In this document: in pieces, positions 34,830 to 47,247 of the stretch
Layout of the letters: every line of letters starts with the position of its first letter
Position numbering within the stretch: position 1 is the first letter of the stretch
Origin: Bispira polyomma
Taxonomy: Eukaryota
NCBI GenBank assembly: GCA_965649765.1
Contig: OZ287752.1
Location: 81,902,001-81,966,000 of the forward strand
Direction: 5' to 3'
DNA: 64,000 nt
Notes under the pieces: generated by a model
The model's database searches: none
Told to the model about the DNA's origin: nothing
The model's input: the letters and a program-made list of their open reading frames with translations, nothing else
Position numbers and translations under genes: made by a program

Positions 34830-37440
34830 TTGCCATTATATAAGAGGGACGTTATCAGGCTTTTTATATGATTTTCACACCGCCATCCGGTGTCTTTTCT
34901 TGAAATTCTGACAAATTATCCTCTGATTTAATAGTCACATATATCAAGACAGCCCTATCCTATATTTCAAAGATATGGCGCCGAGAAAAACTTATGATTG
35001 TGAGGCATGTGGTGGACACCATCAAAAGCCTATAAACGAGAAATGTAAAGTGATTATTAAAGAAACGGACAGTGTTTCTATAGTGAACAGTGCATCAGAC
35101 TCAGGGAATATCTCGTCAAATGAGATAAACCTGTATGGATAAATTCAAACTAAAAATGGTAACGCAGCCTGATAGGGAACAAACTAGTGTCATCACAGTG
35201 AGTTTCTAGGCATTGTAGGTTCCGACACCAGTGGCAGTTTCGAGGACAACCCAGTTGAGCAACACCGTGGTACCGTCCTTGCAGACCTTGAATCTACTGA
35301 CCTACAGGCAGCTGTGAACACCAGACTGCGAGAGTTATAACAGGCAAATGAGTCAGGTATGTTCCGGTCACAACAGGGCGGCCAGGACACAATATGGGTG
35401 AGATGTAACTCATTGTCCAAAGCTTAGTCGGTAGCTTGATTCAGCTCCATAATTAAAGAAGAGACAAACATTGAAACGAAAAATCAAATGCTCAAATATA
35501 TGTTTTAATTGAGGACTTTCACAATTTCTCTTGGGTGGCGTAAGGAAGCCATGCGGTATTAACTTGTAAAATGGAAGAGGAGAAATTGTCTTGGAAAGAC
35601 ACCTAAAAAATCGACAGGGTCAGAAGAGCTCATGCTAAAACAATTCTGGGGCAAAATTCAGGCTCGGGGGCACCCAAGAGAAATAGTGAGAAATGTAAAT
35701 GTTACTAGAAGGGTTCTTGGGACTTCCATCTGCAAGGTTATTGGGATAAACAGCTACTGTTCCTAATCAGGTATGGTTTTCCCTTGGATTGTCACAAAAG
35801 TAAACCACTTTCGCATAAAGAAGAAAATCGTAAGTCGGCAATTGACTACCCAGATGATATAAAGCATATTTATAAGAAGAATCCAAATTTGGGGCCATGT
35901 TGGGTCTGTACTCAGCACCTCCATGTAAGGACTTGCATGGGTCACATTGCATGACCCGAGAAAAGCCTGGGGCTTCCCATAGAAGGGTGATAATTGATTT
36001 GAGCTTTCCCCAGGGAAACTTTGTATAATCTGCTTGGCCTAAAACTAGACCAGTTGATACAAGTCTCTCTTTCGAGTATTAGCATGGAAACACCATTTTC
36101 CAGCGTCTCAGTGACACGGTTCGCTGTGTCATGCAATGTCACAACTGTGACATCATCAACAATATAGACTATTTTTTTTTATATCGGATATGGCATTCCC
36201 TCCAAAATTCAACACTCATTTGATCTATTACATTCCGTTCTACATGATCTCGGTTTTGATATTAGTGAAAAAATAATTGTATTTCCCAGCGCACAGGTAA
36301 TCTGTCTGGGCACACTCATAGACACTGAGAATTTTATAGTTTTAGTGCCTAAAGAAAAATTGCATGAAATCATTCCCTTGTGCAAAGCCTGGCAAGGCAA
36401 ACATACCTGCAAAAAACGTGACCTTCAGTCACTACTATGAAAACTGTTATATATTTCCAAATGTGTCAGGGTCTCCAGGGTGTTCCTGAATAGAATGTTG
36501 GAGGTACTAAGGTCAGCCTACAGTGCACACATCATTAATTTAGGAATTGACTTCAGTCAAGACCTTTACTGGTTTTGCCAATTTTTACCACCCTTTAATG
36601 GCAAAGCATTCTTCGATCACAGGGCAATCACGGATTGCATAGAACTTGACGCCTGTGTTGAAGGTCTAGGGAGACGCTGTAATGGTCAGGTTAACAAAAA
36701 GCAAATCCCCAAGGGGTATAATAGCTACCATATAACCCACCTCGAAATGTTGAATATACTAGTCACGGTTAGGCTCTGGAAGAAGCAATGGCGTGGTAGG
36801 TGTTTGCTTACACACTGCGATAACAAAGCGGTAGTTACAATACTCAACACTACTCAACTCAACTCACGATCGTACCTTGGCCGCCCTGGCTAGAAACATA
36901 TATATGGAGACGGCAATATCAGCTTATTCATGTCAACAATTCATATGCTAGTTAAAAATAATTTGGTGGCTGACCTCTTATCTAGATGGCACAGACAGTC
37001 ACACTAGGTTAGCCCAGCACATACCGGAACCCCAGTGGGTACAGGTGGAGGACAATATAAATTGTTCTATTTAATTGCAGGTCTCCCTCCTCAACTTGAA
37101 CATTTGGCAGCCATGGCTGCCTCCAGGGCTCACCAAGCTTTTACACTATCCACTCATAAAGCATACACAAACATGTTCAGAGTTTTTCTTGTTTTCATCT
37201 GTTTCACAATGGTTAGAATACAAAGTATTACTCCACTAGTTATACTCTCTTTTCTGGAAGTACTAGTCACAAGTAATGTATCAAATTCGTCCATTGTCAA
37301 TTACTTGTCAGCAATAAAGGCCAAAATGGTATTGTTTGGCCTGGATACATCCTGCTTTGCTAATCAGCGCATTAAGTACTACCAAAAAGCAATAGTGCTC
37401 AATAAACTATTCAGGGCAAAGCTTAAAAGTGTAATATCGT
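34830..37440 (+). mobile_element. Tyrosine-recombinase retrotransposon (Ngaro-like), copy 2, degenerate and 3'-truncated
   Basis: Gag start at 34975 MAPRKTYDCEACGGHHQKPINEKC. RT N-terminus YWDKQLLFLIRYGFPLD...MTREKPGASHRRVIIDLSFPQG (35737-36025). RT/RNase H FLNRML...IELDAC...ITHLEMLNI...HCDNKAVV...VADLLSRW. YR N-terminal half 37081-37440, ending where the duplicated segment begins. Confidence 0.88.
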
Positions 37441-38658
37441 AGTATCGTAATTACGTGATACTAAATTGTAACAAGATAAAAAATCTTGAAATTGGAACCT
37501 AAATATTTAAAAACCAAAAATGAACTTTATAAGTCGTTATTTTGAGAGGTTTCCTTCAAAAACAAACAAACAAATTCTTTACTATGTTACTAATGGTTTC
37601 CATAAAATAATGACCTGGACCTCAGCAGCTATAGTGATACACAGTATATGTTGTAATTGACTCTATCATCGTGGATGTTTGAGCACTGTGATAAATAACA
37701 ATATAGTGGGGGCGGAGGTATTATGTATTGCCTTATAAAGGACATCACAAACCCACATCACGTTAAATGGTTATGCATTAAATTACAAAGTAATTTGGGA
37801 CAATTTCAGTCAGATTGATCCTCATCTTCTATATTAGTAGCACACCAAGCTACATGGTGGTACCCCACACATTGTAATTTAGTTAAATAAACAAATTTTT
37901 TTTAGTAACATGTTAAAGATTTAAACTGCATTTTTTAAACTTAGCACTGACCTACTTAGACTTAAAGATAAAGTGCAATTAAAATGCACACTAAATAAAA
38001 GTCATATTGGTATTCTGTATTGCACTGAATGAATTATATGAGAAATATAAATATACTGTGTAATGAATATTAAATAAGTCCTGTACTCTTGTTATAGATT
38101 TTGCCAGTAAGTATAGTATAATTATCAGTGTGTTATAAATATGCAGGCTTAATATGTGTGTGGACTTTAATTTCCGATTGAAGGCAAATATTTCATAATT
38201 ATGTGAATTGCTTGCCTTCACTTTTATACTGCTATGTTCACACAGCTTTTGATGCTATCACTACAATGTTGCTTCTCTGACAAATAAGGTAGAGTGCTGC
38301 ATATATTTATTGGGATACACTCATATCACAAAGTACAGTAGAGCCTCTGTTATCTTATTGGAGAGTATGAATATTATTGGAGAGCAAGATCTTGTCTGGA
38401 TAATTATGGCATTTCTGTATAACATAATAGGAAAACAAATAGGGGAGAGTAACAAATGAGTTTATAAAATTAAATAGTCTGATAACAGAAGTTCAGATAT
38501 TAGAGGATCTACTGGCAATTTGTTTGTAAAGGTATTACTAGTAATACAAGATAAACTTTGCACAAGGATATGAATTTTATGAAAACGTCCACTTTTACAA
38601 TATGACCTTGTTTTATTGAAGAAACTTCAGGTAGAATCAGCAATCCCCGGACCATAGC

Positions 38659-41600
38659 ATGATGACATCAAACGTAGAAATGCAGAATTTCATAGATCAG
38701 GAGAAACAACAACCGTGTATCTCCCCACCTCAGCCGCAAGGTAATCAAAGTTTCATGTAAATATTGGTTAAAAAGAAAGCCTGCCACCTTTAGTTAAGGG
38801 TGACTTTGTGATTTTAAAAATATCAGCAAAAACTGTTACTATGGAGACAAAGTGCGACATGGTCTGATTAGATTAGATTAGAAAACTATGGTAAATTTAG
38901 AATGTTGGTGTTATGTTTATAAGATGAAGAACTTAAAGGTTTAGTAAAGTAAACACATAAACTGATCGCCGAGGAACAGTTTAACATTGGGTCTTAAACT
39001 CAATGGATGTATTATATAAATCTACATTTTTGGTAGTGGAAATACCAAAGAATTATATATAGTTTAATTATATGCTGATTTAAATATTTTAATAAGGATT
39101 TTATCTAGCAAAGTGTAAAATTGTTGCAAAAATCATTTATATTTAACCAGTACATGCTTGACAAACGTGACACAACTCACTAAGAAGAGGAATCAATACC
39201 AAAGTAATATAAGGTCTGCTTAAGAATTGCAATGGCTGCCCATAAAGTTCCTTATTTTTAAAACTGTCGCAATAAAAATTAATATAGAAAAGAGGAATAC
39301 TTCACCATTATTTTACATGATTTAATTTTATTTAATATGGTTAACATTGTTACCGAAGAACAGTTTCATAACCTTTATATTTATGTGTATATGGGCTCCA
39401 AATAAATATAGTAAATGCAGAGTGACGTTTCGGGGGTTCATTTGTGTGTTTACGTTGCTTAATCCTTAAATAGACATTCTTGAACAGTTATATGTCTCTG
39501 TATTGTGTAGATATTTGTTTCTAATATTACTAATATTAAAAAGATTGTCCCCTAAGTTAGACCATTTAGGGAATAAATGTTGAATATAAATTACCAGACT
39601 TAATACCAGCCTTAAGCATTGTCAGGTAGAGGGTGAAAATATTTACTACTTACCACAAAAAGATCATATTTAGTATAAATATTAATTCGAGGGTTCAACA
39701 AGGGATATAAATATGCAACATCATAGTCTGATTTCATTTCGACCGTGGAGTAATGACCTTTTTATCTTATGTTCACTTGATCTCACTGTTTCAACCTCAT
39801 TTTGACCTAGGAACCCCACAAGAATTTCATAGTAAAATTTTTTTCCCAGTGGCATCCTGCTAAATATTTAGAGATCACCACTCTGTGTCAATTTATGATT
39901 TTGCCTAAGAATTTTGTTTCCTTTTTTTTTACTGTGCTGCAACAAACTACACACACACACATATATATATATATAGATATATATATATTTAAGCCATATA
40001 TATATATAGATACCCATATATATATATATATATGTGTGTGTGTGTAGTTTGTTGAAGCACAGTGAAAACAATATAAATATATATATATATATAGTAGAAC
40101 CTCTATTATCCAAAGTTCCATTTTCGAAATATTCAATTTTATCAACTCACTTTCCCAAATATATGTTTTCCTAATGTTTTATTCTGAAATACCTCTTCTA
40201 TTATATGAACCTTTTATTAATCAAACAAAATACTGCTCTCCCATCATCTTTNNNNNNNNNNNNNNNNNNNNNNNNNNNNNNNNNNNNNNNNNNNNNNNNN
40301 NNNNNNNNNNNNNNNNNNNNNNNNNNNNNNNNNNNNNNNNNNNNNNNNNNNNNNNNNNNNNNNNNNNNNNNNNNNNNNNNNNNNNNNNNNNNNNNNNNNN
40401 NNNNNAATGGCAACCCCTCCTAAAAGTGACACTAGAAGAAAGCGTCCAACTTGGGACCAAAAGAATAACCCAATTGAGTTCCTGAGTACAACCTTGGGAT
40501 ACCTTGTAGGTGTAAGTGTTCTGATACGGATGCCATACCTGATATACAAACATGGAGGCATTGTCTTCTTGGTACAATATCTGATGTCACTACTTTTCTT
40601 TGGATTTCCAGTACTCTTACTAGAGATGTACATTGGACAGTTCACCAGTAATGGGATTTTGACTTGTTGGGAGATGTTTCCTCTGTTTACTGGAGTAGGC
40701 TATGCTATGTTGATTATCTGTATTGTCACAGCTTCATCCTATGCAGTGATCAATGCCTGGTCAGTATATTATGCCTTCACCAGCTGGGTGAGCCCACTAC
40801 CTTGGACAACGTGCGATAATGCTTGGAATACTAAGAAGTGCTGGCTTCCTGAGTATGAGGGAACACACTACTACTCGGACCAGTACAATGATTATGGGTA
40901 TGTCAAAAAGACGAATCCTTCAGAGGAGTATTGGATAAATGAATTCCTGAGACTGAGAGATGAAGCAGGTGGGCCACTTTGGTACATTGCTCTGCCTCTG
41001 TTGGGAACATGGATTATAGTGGCACTCATTTTGTTGTTTGGTCCAAAGGTATATGGTAAAGTTGCCTATGTAACCACTCTTCTGCCTTACCTAATTGCTG
41101 TGGTCCTTTTGGCGAGATTTGTAACACTCCCAGGTGCTTTTAAAGGCCTGCAATACCTTTTTTACCCTAACATCCAATATTTTGCGAATGCCAGATCTTG
41201 GATGGATGCAATTCTATCAGCTTTTTGGAACATGGGCATTTCTGTAGGACCGATTATCACCCTGTCCTCGTACAATAAATTCAGGAATGACCTTGTCCGA
41301 GATGCTTTTGTGCTTACTATGGCCCAATTTGTGAGCTGTATTGGTTATGCCATGCTGGTTTTTGCTCTTTATGGTGTTATAGCTGAAAACTATCAGCAAC
41401 CAATGGATGACATTATAGGAGGTGGTGTGTCATTTCTATTCACAGCTATGGCTAGTGGCTTTGGATTTTTTGTTGGTTCCCAGTTCTGGTGTTGCTTATT
41501 TTATATTATGGTCGCACTGATGTGTACCAGAACTCTGCTGGCCATGGCAGAGACTGTAATTACTGCTATCCTGGACCTGATACCAATATTGCGCCAGGTT

Positions 41601-42176
41601 AGGTACATTGTGGTCATTTTTGTCTGCTTTGTCTTGTTTCTGTCAGGACTGCCATATACGCTTCATATTGGGTATGCATTCTTCAATGCAATTGATAGCT
41701 CTATATACGTTAACATGACATTGGTAGGGCTCATGGAGGTAGTCTGTGTGGCCTTCATGTATGGTGTTTTTTCTTATACCTTTACCAATCATGCCTTCTT
41801 ACGCTTTAAGGATGATTTGAGCTTGATGTTTGGTGGTAAGGCCTGCCATTGTATTCCCTGGGTGATCTGCTGGCCCTTCTGGGCCTTTATGTGGTGCATT
41901 ATGGTCCCCCTGATTTTACTGGTTTGCTGGATCTTGAACCTTCAAGATGGGCCCTCAAGTTTAGGTTACTTTGAGATAAGTCAGAGCCTGAAAATGTTTT
42001 GCTCTTTCATGATGCTGTCTCCAGTGCTAGCCATGCTTATTACCCCAACCGTCTTGCTTTGTATAAAAAGTATCAAAACCAGGAGTCTATCCAGGGGACT
42101 GGGGTACCTCATTAAACCGTCCAGGTATTGGGGGCCTGCTTTACCTGAGGACAGAGAGGGAATGAGTGGATATTAG
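38659..42176 (+). CDS. SLC6/NSS-like transporter, copy B; two coding exons (acceptor hidden in the N gap)
   Basis: Exon 38659-38740 (MMTSNVEMQNFIDQEKQQPCISPPQPQ, G|GTAATC) and an uninterrupted ORF 40407-42176 collinear with copy A, 12 aa shorter at the C-terminus. Confidence 0.9.
40252..40405. other. Assembly gap (N run) covering the SLC6-B splice acceptor
   Basis: Run of N. The equivalent interval in copy A (16874-16936) is a (TA)n tract plus the acceptor. Confidence 1.
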
Positions 42177-43393
42177 CTTGTAGATGGCAATAGCTTGTAG
42201 ATTTCAAGAACTTATCCTATCAGTGTGGATGGTTTGGTTTCTGAGAAAGTACAATTATTTTTGTTAATGAATTTGAACTGGGTTTTACATTTATATGTGG
42301 TTCATGCAGACAGTGAAAGATTGACCTTCATTGTATTATCCAGAGTTTCTCTTACAAATCTGGTAGCAATAATAGAAGACAATACATGTTTTAATAGCAA
42401 TGAGATAGTATTCATGTTGGATTCTTTTATTATAGCGTGAATTGTATAATAATTGTTTGTACAGATGATCTGTTCACATGTTCTTGTTAAAATATATATT
42501 TATAGTTATTCCTGTTCATTTAGTTTATTATGTTTTAACTTCATATATGTTATAACACATTTTGGCAAAATTCAGTGGATTGTACAATTAATGCAATGTC
42601 AGCTTTTGACCTTCTTGATGTTGTTTTTGGAGTTTTGTATTATCACCATACTGTCCATGTACTATCACCACCCCAAAAATGTTAAATAGTTTAGGAATTA
42701 AAAGCAATACTGAAGTACAATCTTAGTGTTTGTTACAAGTAAGCACATCAATATAACTTAAACTTAACTTTATGAAAACCTTCTATTATCCAAACAATAT
42801 CTTTCTCTTCCAACGTGTGTATACAATAGAGGTTTGTCTCTGTATAAAGCCAATGGACTTTCCAGGGGGAAGAATGGCCATTGACCGAGGAAATATTGTA
42901 TTGTATTTTTATATCATAAACTTGCTTTACTGATGCAAGGCATCTTTTACAAGACAACATCTGAATCAATCAACCATTTATGTGCTGTACAACATAGCCT
43001 GGGTACCCAAAATAAATAAATAAATTCTTACATCTATACTTTAGTTCAGATATTGACTAATTTTAGATTGAGCACACATTCTACTTTTCACCAATTGTCG
43101 CCATCTGTTTAACAATTTTATTGTCAAACTCAAGTTGTGAGTAACACGAGTCACAAGGTGTACATACTAGTCGTAAGGTTGGTCTTTGCTCCTAAATACA
43201 ACTTTTGAGAAATGTTTGGAATGCAGCATATTAGTGTATCTGAGTCCAGACTTTTTGTTACTATGGCATGACCTTGAACTTACAATGGTTCTATTTATTT
43301 TCTGACCTTGTATGTATCATAATGGTTTTAGTTGCTGTAGTGATTTCTAGTTCTTTTTGTTTATTGTACATAATTTTGATATAGTCATATATT

Positions 43394-43990
43394 TTACCTT
43401 ATTTATTTAATAATTGTGCAGCACCTAACAAAGAATCAGAAAACTTTTGGCCATTAAATTTTATTCTTCTACTTTGTAGATATTATATATTTTGGTGTTT
43501 TTGAACATTGTTTTCCTACAAAAAAAAAAAAAAAGAAATTAACAATATGTTCCTCGAAGAGAAATATGTTTGGGAGATAAAATTTTCTTCAGAAATATTC
43601 ATTTGGCAACAACTATTTAGTGGCATTTAAAATAATTAATCTATATCGGTTATGTGCAAATCTGTTAGAAATTGTTTTTCATTTTGGTGATATACATTAC
43701 CTTATTTATTTAATAATTGTGCAGCACCTTACAAAGAATCAGAAAACTTTTGGCCATTAAATTTTATTCTTCTACTTCGTAGATATTATATAATTTGGTG
43801 TTTTTGAACATGGTTTTCCTACCAAAAAAAAAAAAGAAATTAAAAGGATGTTCCTCGAAGAGAAATATATTTGGGAGATAAAATTTTCTTCAGAAATATT
43901 CAATTGGCAACAACTATTTAGTGGCATTTAAAATAATTAATCTATATCGGTTATGTGCAAATCTGTTAAAAATTGTTTTTCATTTTGGTG
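43394..43990. repeat. Tandem direct duplication of a ~300-bp unit
   Basis: 43394-43691 is repeated at 43697-43990 with few substitutions. Confidence 0.92.
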
Positions 43991-44867
43991 AATAAGGAAG
44001 GCATTCTAAAATCTTATTGTACTGGTGTTTTGTTGTTATTTTTTTAATTTGTTCCAATATCAGGTGAAAAGTAGGTATCATTTTATAGCTGTTAAAATTT
44101 ATTCTGTTAAGATTTCTCCAAAAAGTGAAATGTAAGGTGTTATATTATAATTGTTTACTAGATTTGTGTGCATCACAATTTATGTTACATTTAAAAGTAT
44201 TTGTAACTATATGAATAAAAAAAAAGAAGAAGAATCCGTCAAAGATGCACAATATGTGTTGCAAAAGTCTCACAGATGATCTGCATTGTGAACTACCAGT
44301 ATATTATCCTCTATTATCCTAACTTGTTGGGGAGTAGGACTTTGTTTTGGATAACAAAAGGTTCATGAAATAGAAGAGCCATTTCAGTTCAAAACAGAAG
44401 GCAATAGAAGTTTGGGAGAGTGAAAATGAGTTGATAAAATTAAATATTTAGAAAACAGAAGGTCGGATAATAGAGGTTCTAGTGTATGTTTGGTTTTTGG
44501 TAAACAAGTATAGCTTTGCTGAAGTCTCCTTTTCACCATTTTGATGTATCATGTTTGATTGTTAAGTATACACTAATACACTTTTTATATACTTGATGCT
44601 TTGAACTGAATAAAAGGATAGACAAAGTTTTAGCTAGCTTTGAATTTTGGCATATTGGCACACTTTTTACAACAACCTGAGACAAGAATACTTAAATGTA
44701 CTTTTAATGCAAGATAAATCACACTATAAAAGCACATGACACAATATGTTGAAATGTTTTAGATTAGTTTATAGGGTATCACTAGTGCATCATTGTTTTT
44801 GTGCTTTGGGTTTCTGATGACTGGGGTCCGCAGCACAAATTTGGATTCTGGTCATTTAAAAGACAAA

Positions 44868-45207
44868 TTTGGGTCTGCATTTTTTGTCACAAGTATTGGG
44901 TCTACATATATATCACCATATAAACATAACTGATGGGTCTTGTACATGATACATATGAATTGGGTATGCATATATATCACCACATAAACATAACTGTTGG
45001 GTCTTGTATATGATACACAATTATTGGGTTTGCATATATATCACCTTATAAACATAACTGATGGGTCTTGTTTATGATACATAAGTATTGGGTCTGCATA
45101 TATATCTCCTTAAACATAAGTGTTGGGTCTTGTTTATGATACACAAAAATTAGGTCTGTACTATTATCACCTTAAACATTGGGTCTTGTTTATGATACAC
45201 TAGAATT
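44868..45207. repeat. ~60-bp tandem repeat
   Basis: Unit TTGGGTCTGCATATATATCACCATATAAACATAACTGATGGGTCTTGTATATGATACATAAGTA. About 2 units in copy A (20340-20470) and about 5 here. Confidence 0.8.
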
Positions 45208-45454
45208 TGAATTTGGATATTTAACGTCTACTCTAGTACCTGTTTAGGTTATATTGGGACGGCTAGTTGGAAACGCTGGAGGAAACACTGCATACAGTTG
45301 ATCAAGGTTCTGCACTGAAACCAGTGGCCTACAGTAAGGAACTACCACCTTTCCCACATAGGCATCGACGGGATTCGAACTCACGCCGCCCAGAGGTGAG
45401 AGACCAGTGATTGTGAAGTGCAATGCTTGCTAACCACTAGGCCACCGCGGCCCC
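45208..45454 (-). mobile_element. Full-length tRNA-derived SINE with TSD
   Basis: Reverse complement of the 20826 family. Flanks TATGATACACTAGAATT / TATGATACGCAAGAATT. Confidence 0.92.
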
Positions 45455-45882
45455 TATGATACGCAAGAATTGGGTGTAGTATATATCACTAGGTTAGCCA
45501 TAGTTACTTTAACTTATTGATAAGATACAACATTCAAATGTTAAAGCTTAATACTTTTCAAACCGAAGAAATAATAAAAGTTAGGTTTTGTAGTTGTCAA
45601 GGCTAAGTGAGAGATAAAACACAGTTTAATGACTGACAGTGAGAAAGCTCTAGATCAAGCCCTCTTGGTGCGTTTAACAGAGGAAATCGTTAGTATCTTT
45701 CCTCTTTTAAATTTACTGAAGGCAAGATGAGAAGCAATGTAGAAAGGCTTTTGAAATACAACAGCTTTAAAAGGCGTGACATGGATTGTAAGCATAATTA
45801 GACAGTGAATGGGAAACCAATGTAACTTGAGGTACAGAGAGATATCCGTACGAATGCCTAGATGAAAAATGACTCCACATAG

Positions 45883-46250
45883 ATCTAATCTCATCTAATC
45901 TAATCTAACTTTTATAGTGCTTAATCTCTCCTTCTTAGGAGATTCTAAGGCGCAGGACAGTATCCTTATTCAATTTGTATTTCCGTTAGACAAGCATGGG
46001 TCAGCACCATTGACACGCCGGGTGAATTTAGGGCTATGGTGGAAAAGCCTTGTCGAATAGGTAGGGTTTTTTCTAAACGATGTGAGTGAGGTTGCACAAC
46101 GAATTTCGGCAGGTAATTCATTCCAAAGTGTTGGAGCATCATGGGCAAAGCTTACGGATGTCAACCTTGGATAAACTTCTATATAGAGAATTACAGTAGT
46201 CAAGACGACTTGTAACCAGGGCATTTGCAATATAGTAGCAGTACTGGCTG
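45883..46250 (-). mobile_element. L2-clade LINE 3' end with (TAGAT)n tail, nested in an older L2 fragment
   Basis: SFAHDAPTLWNELPAEIRCATSLTSFRK followed by a short-repeat tail. The adjacent 45655-45880 reads LKLHWFPIHCLI, which is also present in copy A near 21110-21230. Confidence 0.75.
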
Positions 46251-47171
46251 ATAGATAGCTTGAATGAACTGTAACTTATTGTGTTGCTAGGTTACACTTA
46301 CTAAACCTCTTTATTATCGACTTCTATAATTAATTTTAATTGTTTTAACACAGGAATGACTTGAAATACACAAACCTAAATAATTATAATAAAATGTCAT
46401 GAGTTTCTGGTTCAATGAAATTTATGTCAAATGTCTACAAAAAGGTTCCTAATGACACTGCAAGCTATTTAAAAAGTATTGAACAAATCCCAAAAGAAAC
46501 TGGAAACCCACCACCAAGCGACCACAGATGCTATTTCATTTGCATCAAAATTTATTGTTGTGCGATATTTATTAAAATAAAAAGATGTAAATGTTAGAAA
46601 TGTCAATTTAAAATAACTGTATATATCCTTTTTTTAGAAAGTCAGCATATACACAGGGTTTGATGCATTTAAGCATCACCGACGATAATCAGTGACTGTT
46701 TTGATTTTCAGAAAAGATTTGCAAATACTAGCTTAATAAAAGGAGTACAAAATCATGGATTAGAACATTGTGATTTATATCTCAGTAGACACCTCTTGCT
46801 TTACACCTCTGTATTTCATAGAATCACTAAAAGTGTGCATTGTGCTGACATTAATATAAGCAAGTGAAGAGGTTACATTTCATAATGGCTTCATATAATA
46901 CAAAGAAGCAATTTAAAACCGCTGCTAGTGAATTGCCCTTATTTAACCAAAACACATATTTTCCCAAAAAGTATATCAGGTAAATACTGATTTATGTACA
47001 CAGTAAGTACACAGCACTTTATACAAATCTGTTCTAAAATTTAGTGGTTTCTTCCTGGCCCTCGCCCTCTAACAGAAATTAGTAAAAATTAGATAGGATA
47101 ATCCTGCAACAAACAAACCAACAGACAGTCACTAAAACATAACCTCCTTCGTGGAGGTAAAAAACCCAAAC

Positions 47172-47247
47172 CTCTGTTTTACTGTATTCCAGTGCAATCA
47201 TGTGTTTATCTGCCCCACACAGCGCCATCAGCAAGGCTGAAATGACC
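47172..47247 (-). pseudogene. Truncated copy of the phosphatase catalytic exon
   Basis: Matches 24950-25025 (ISALLMALCGADKHMIALEYSKTE) but the CAHGKDRTG part, the acceptor and the other exons are missing. Confidence 0.85.

Noticed and set aside
35763-36142. Minus-strand ORFs suggesting an inversion inside Ngaro copy 2
   Set aside because: The plus strand encodes the recognisable RT N-terminus, so these are shadow ORFs.
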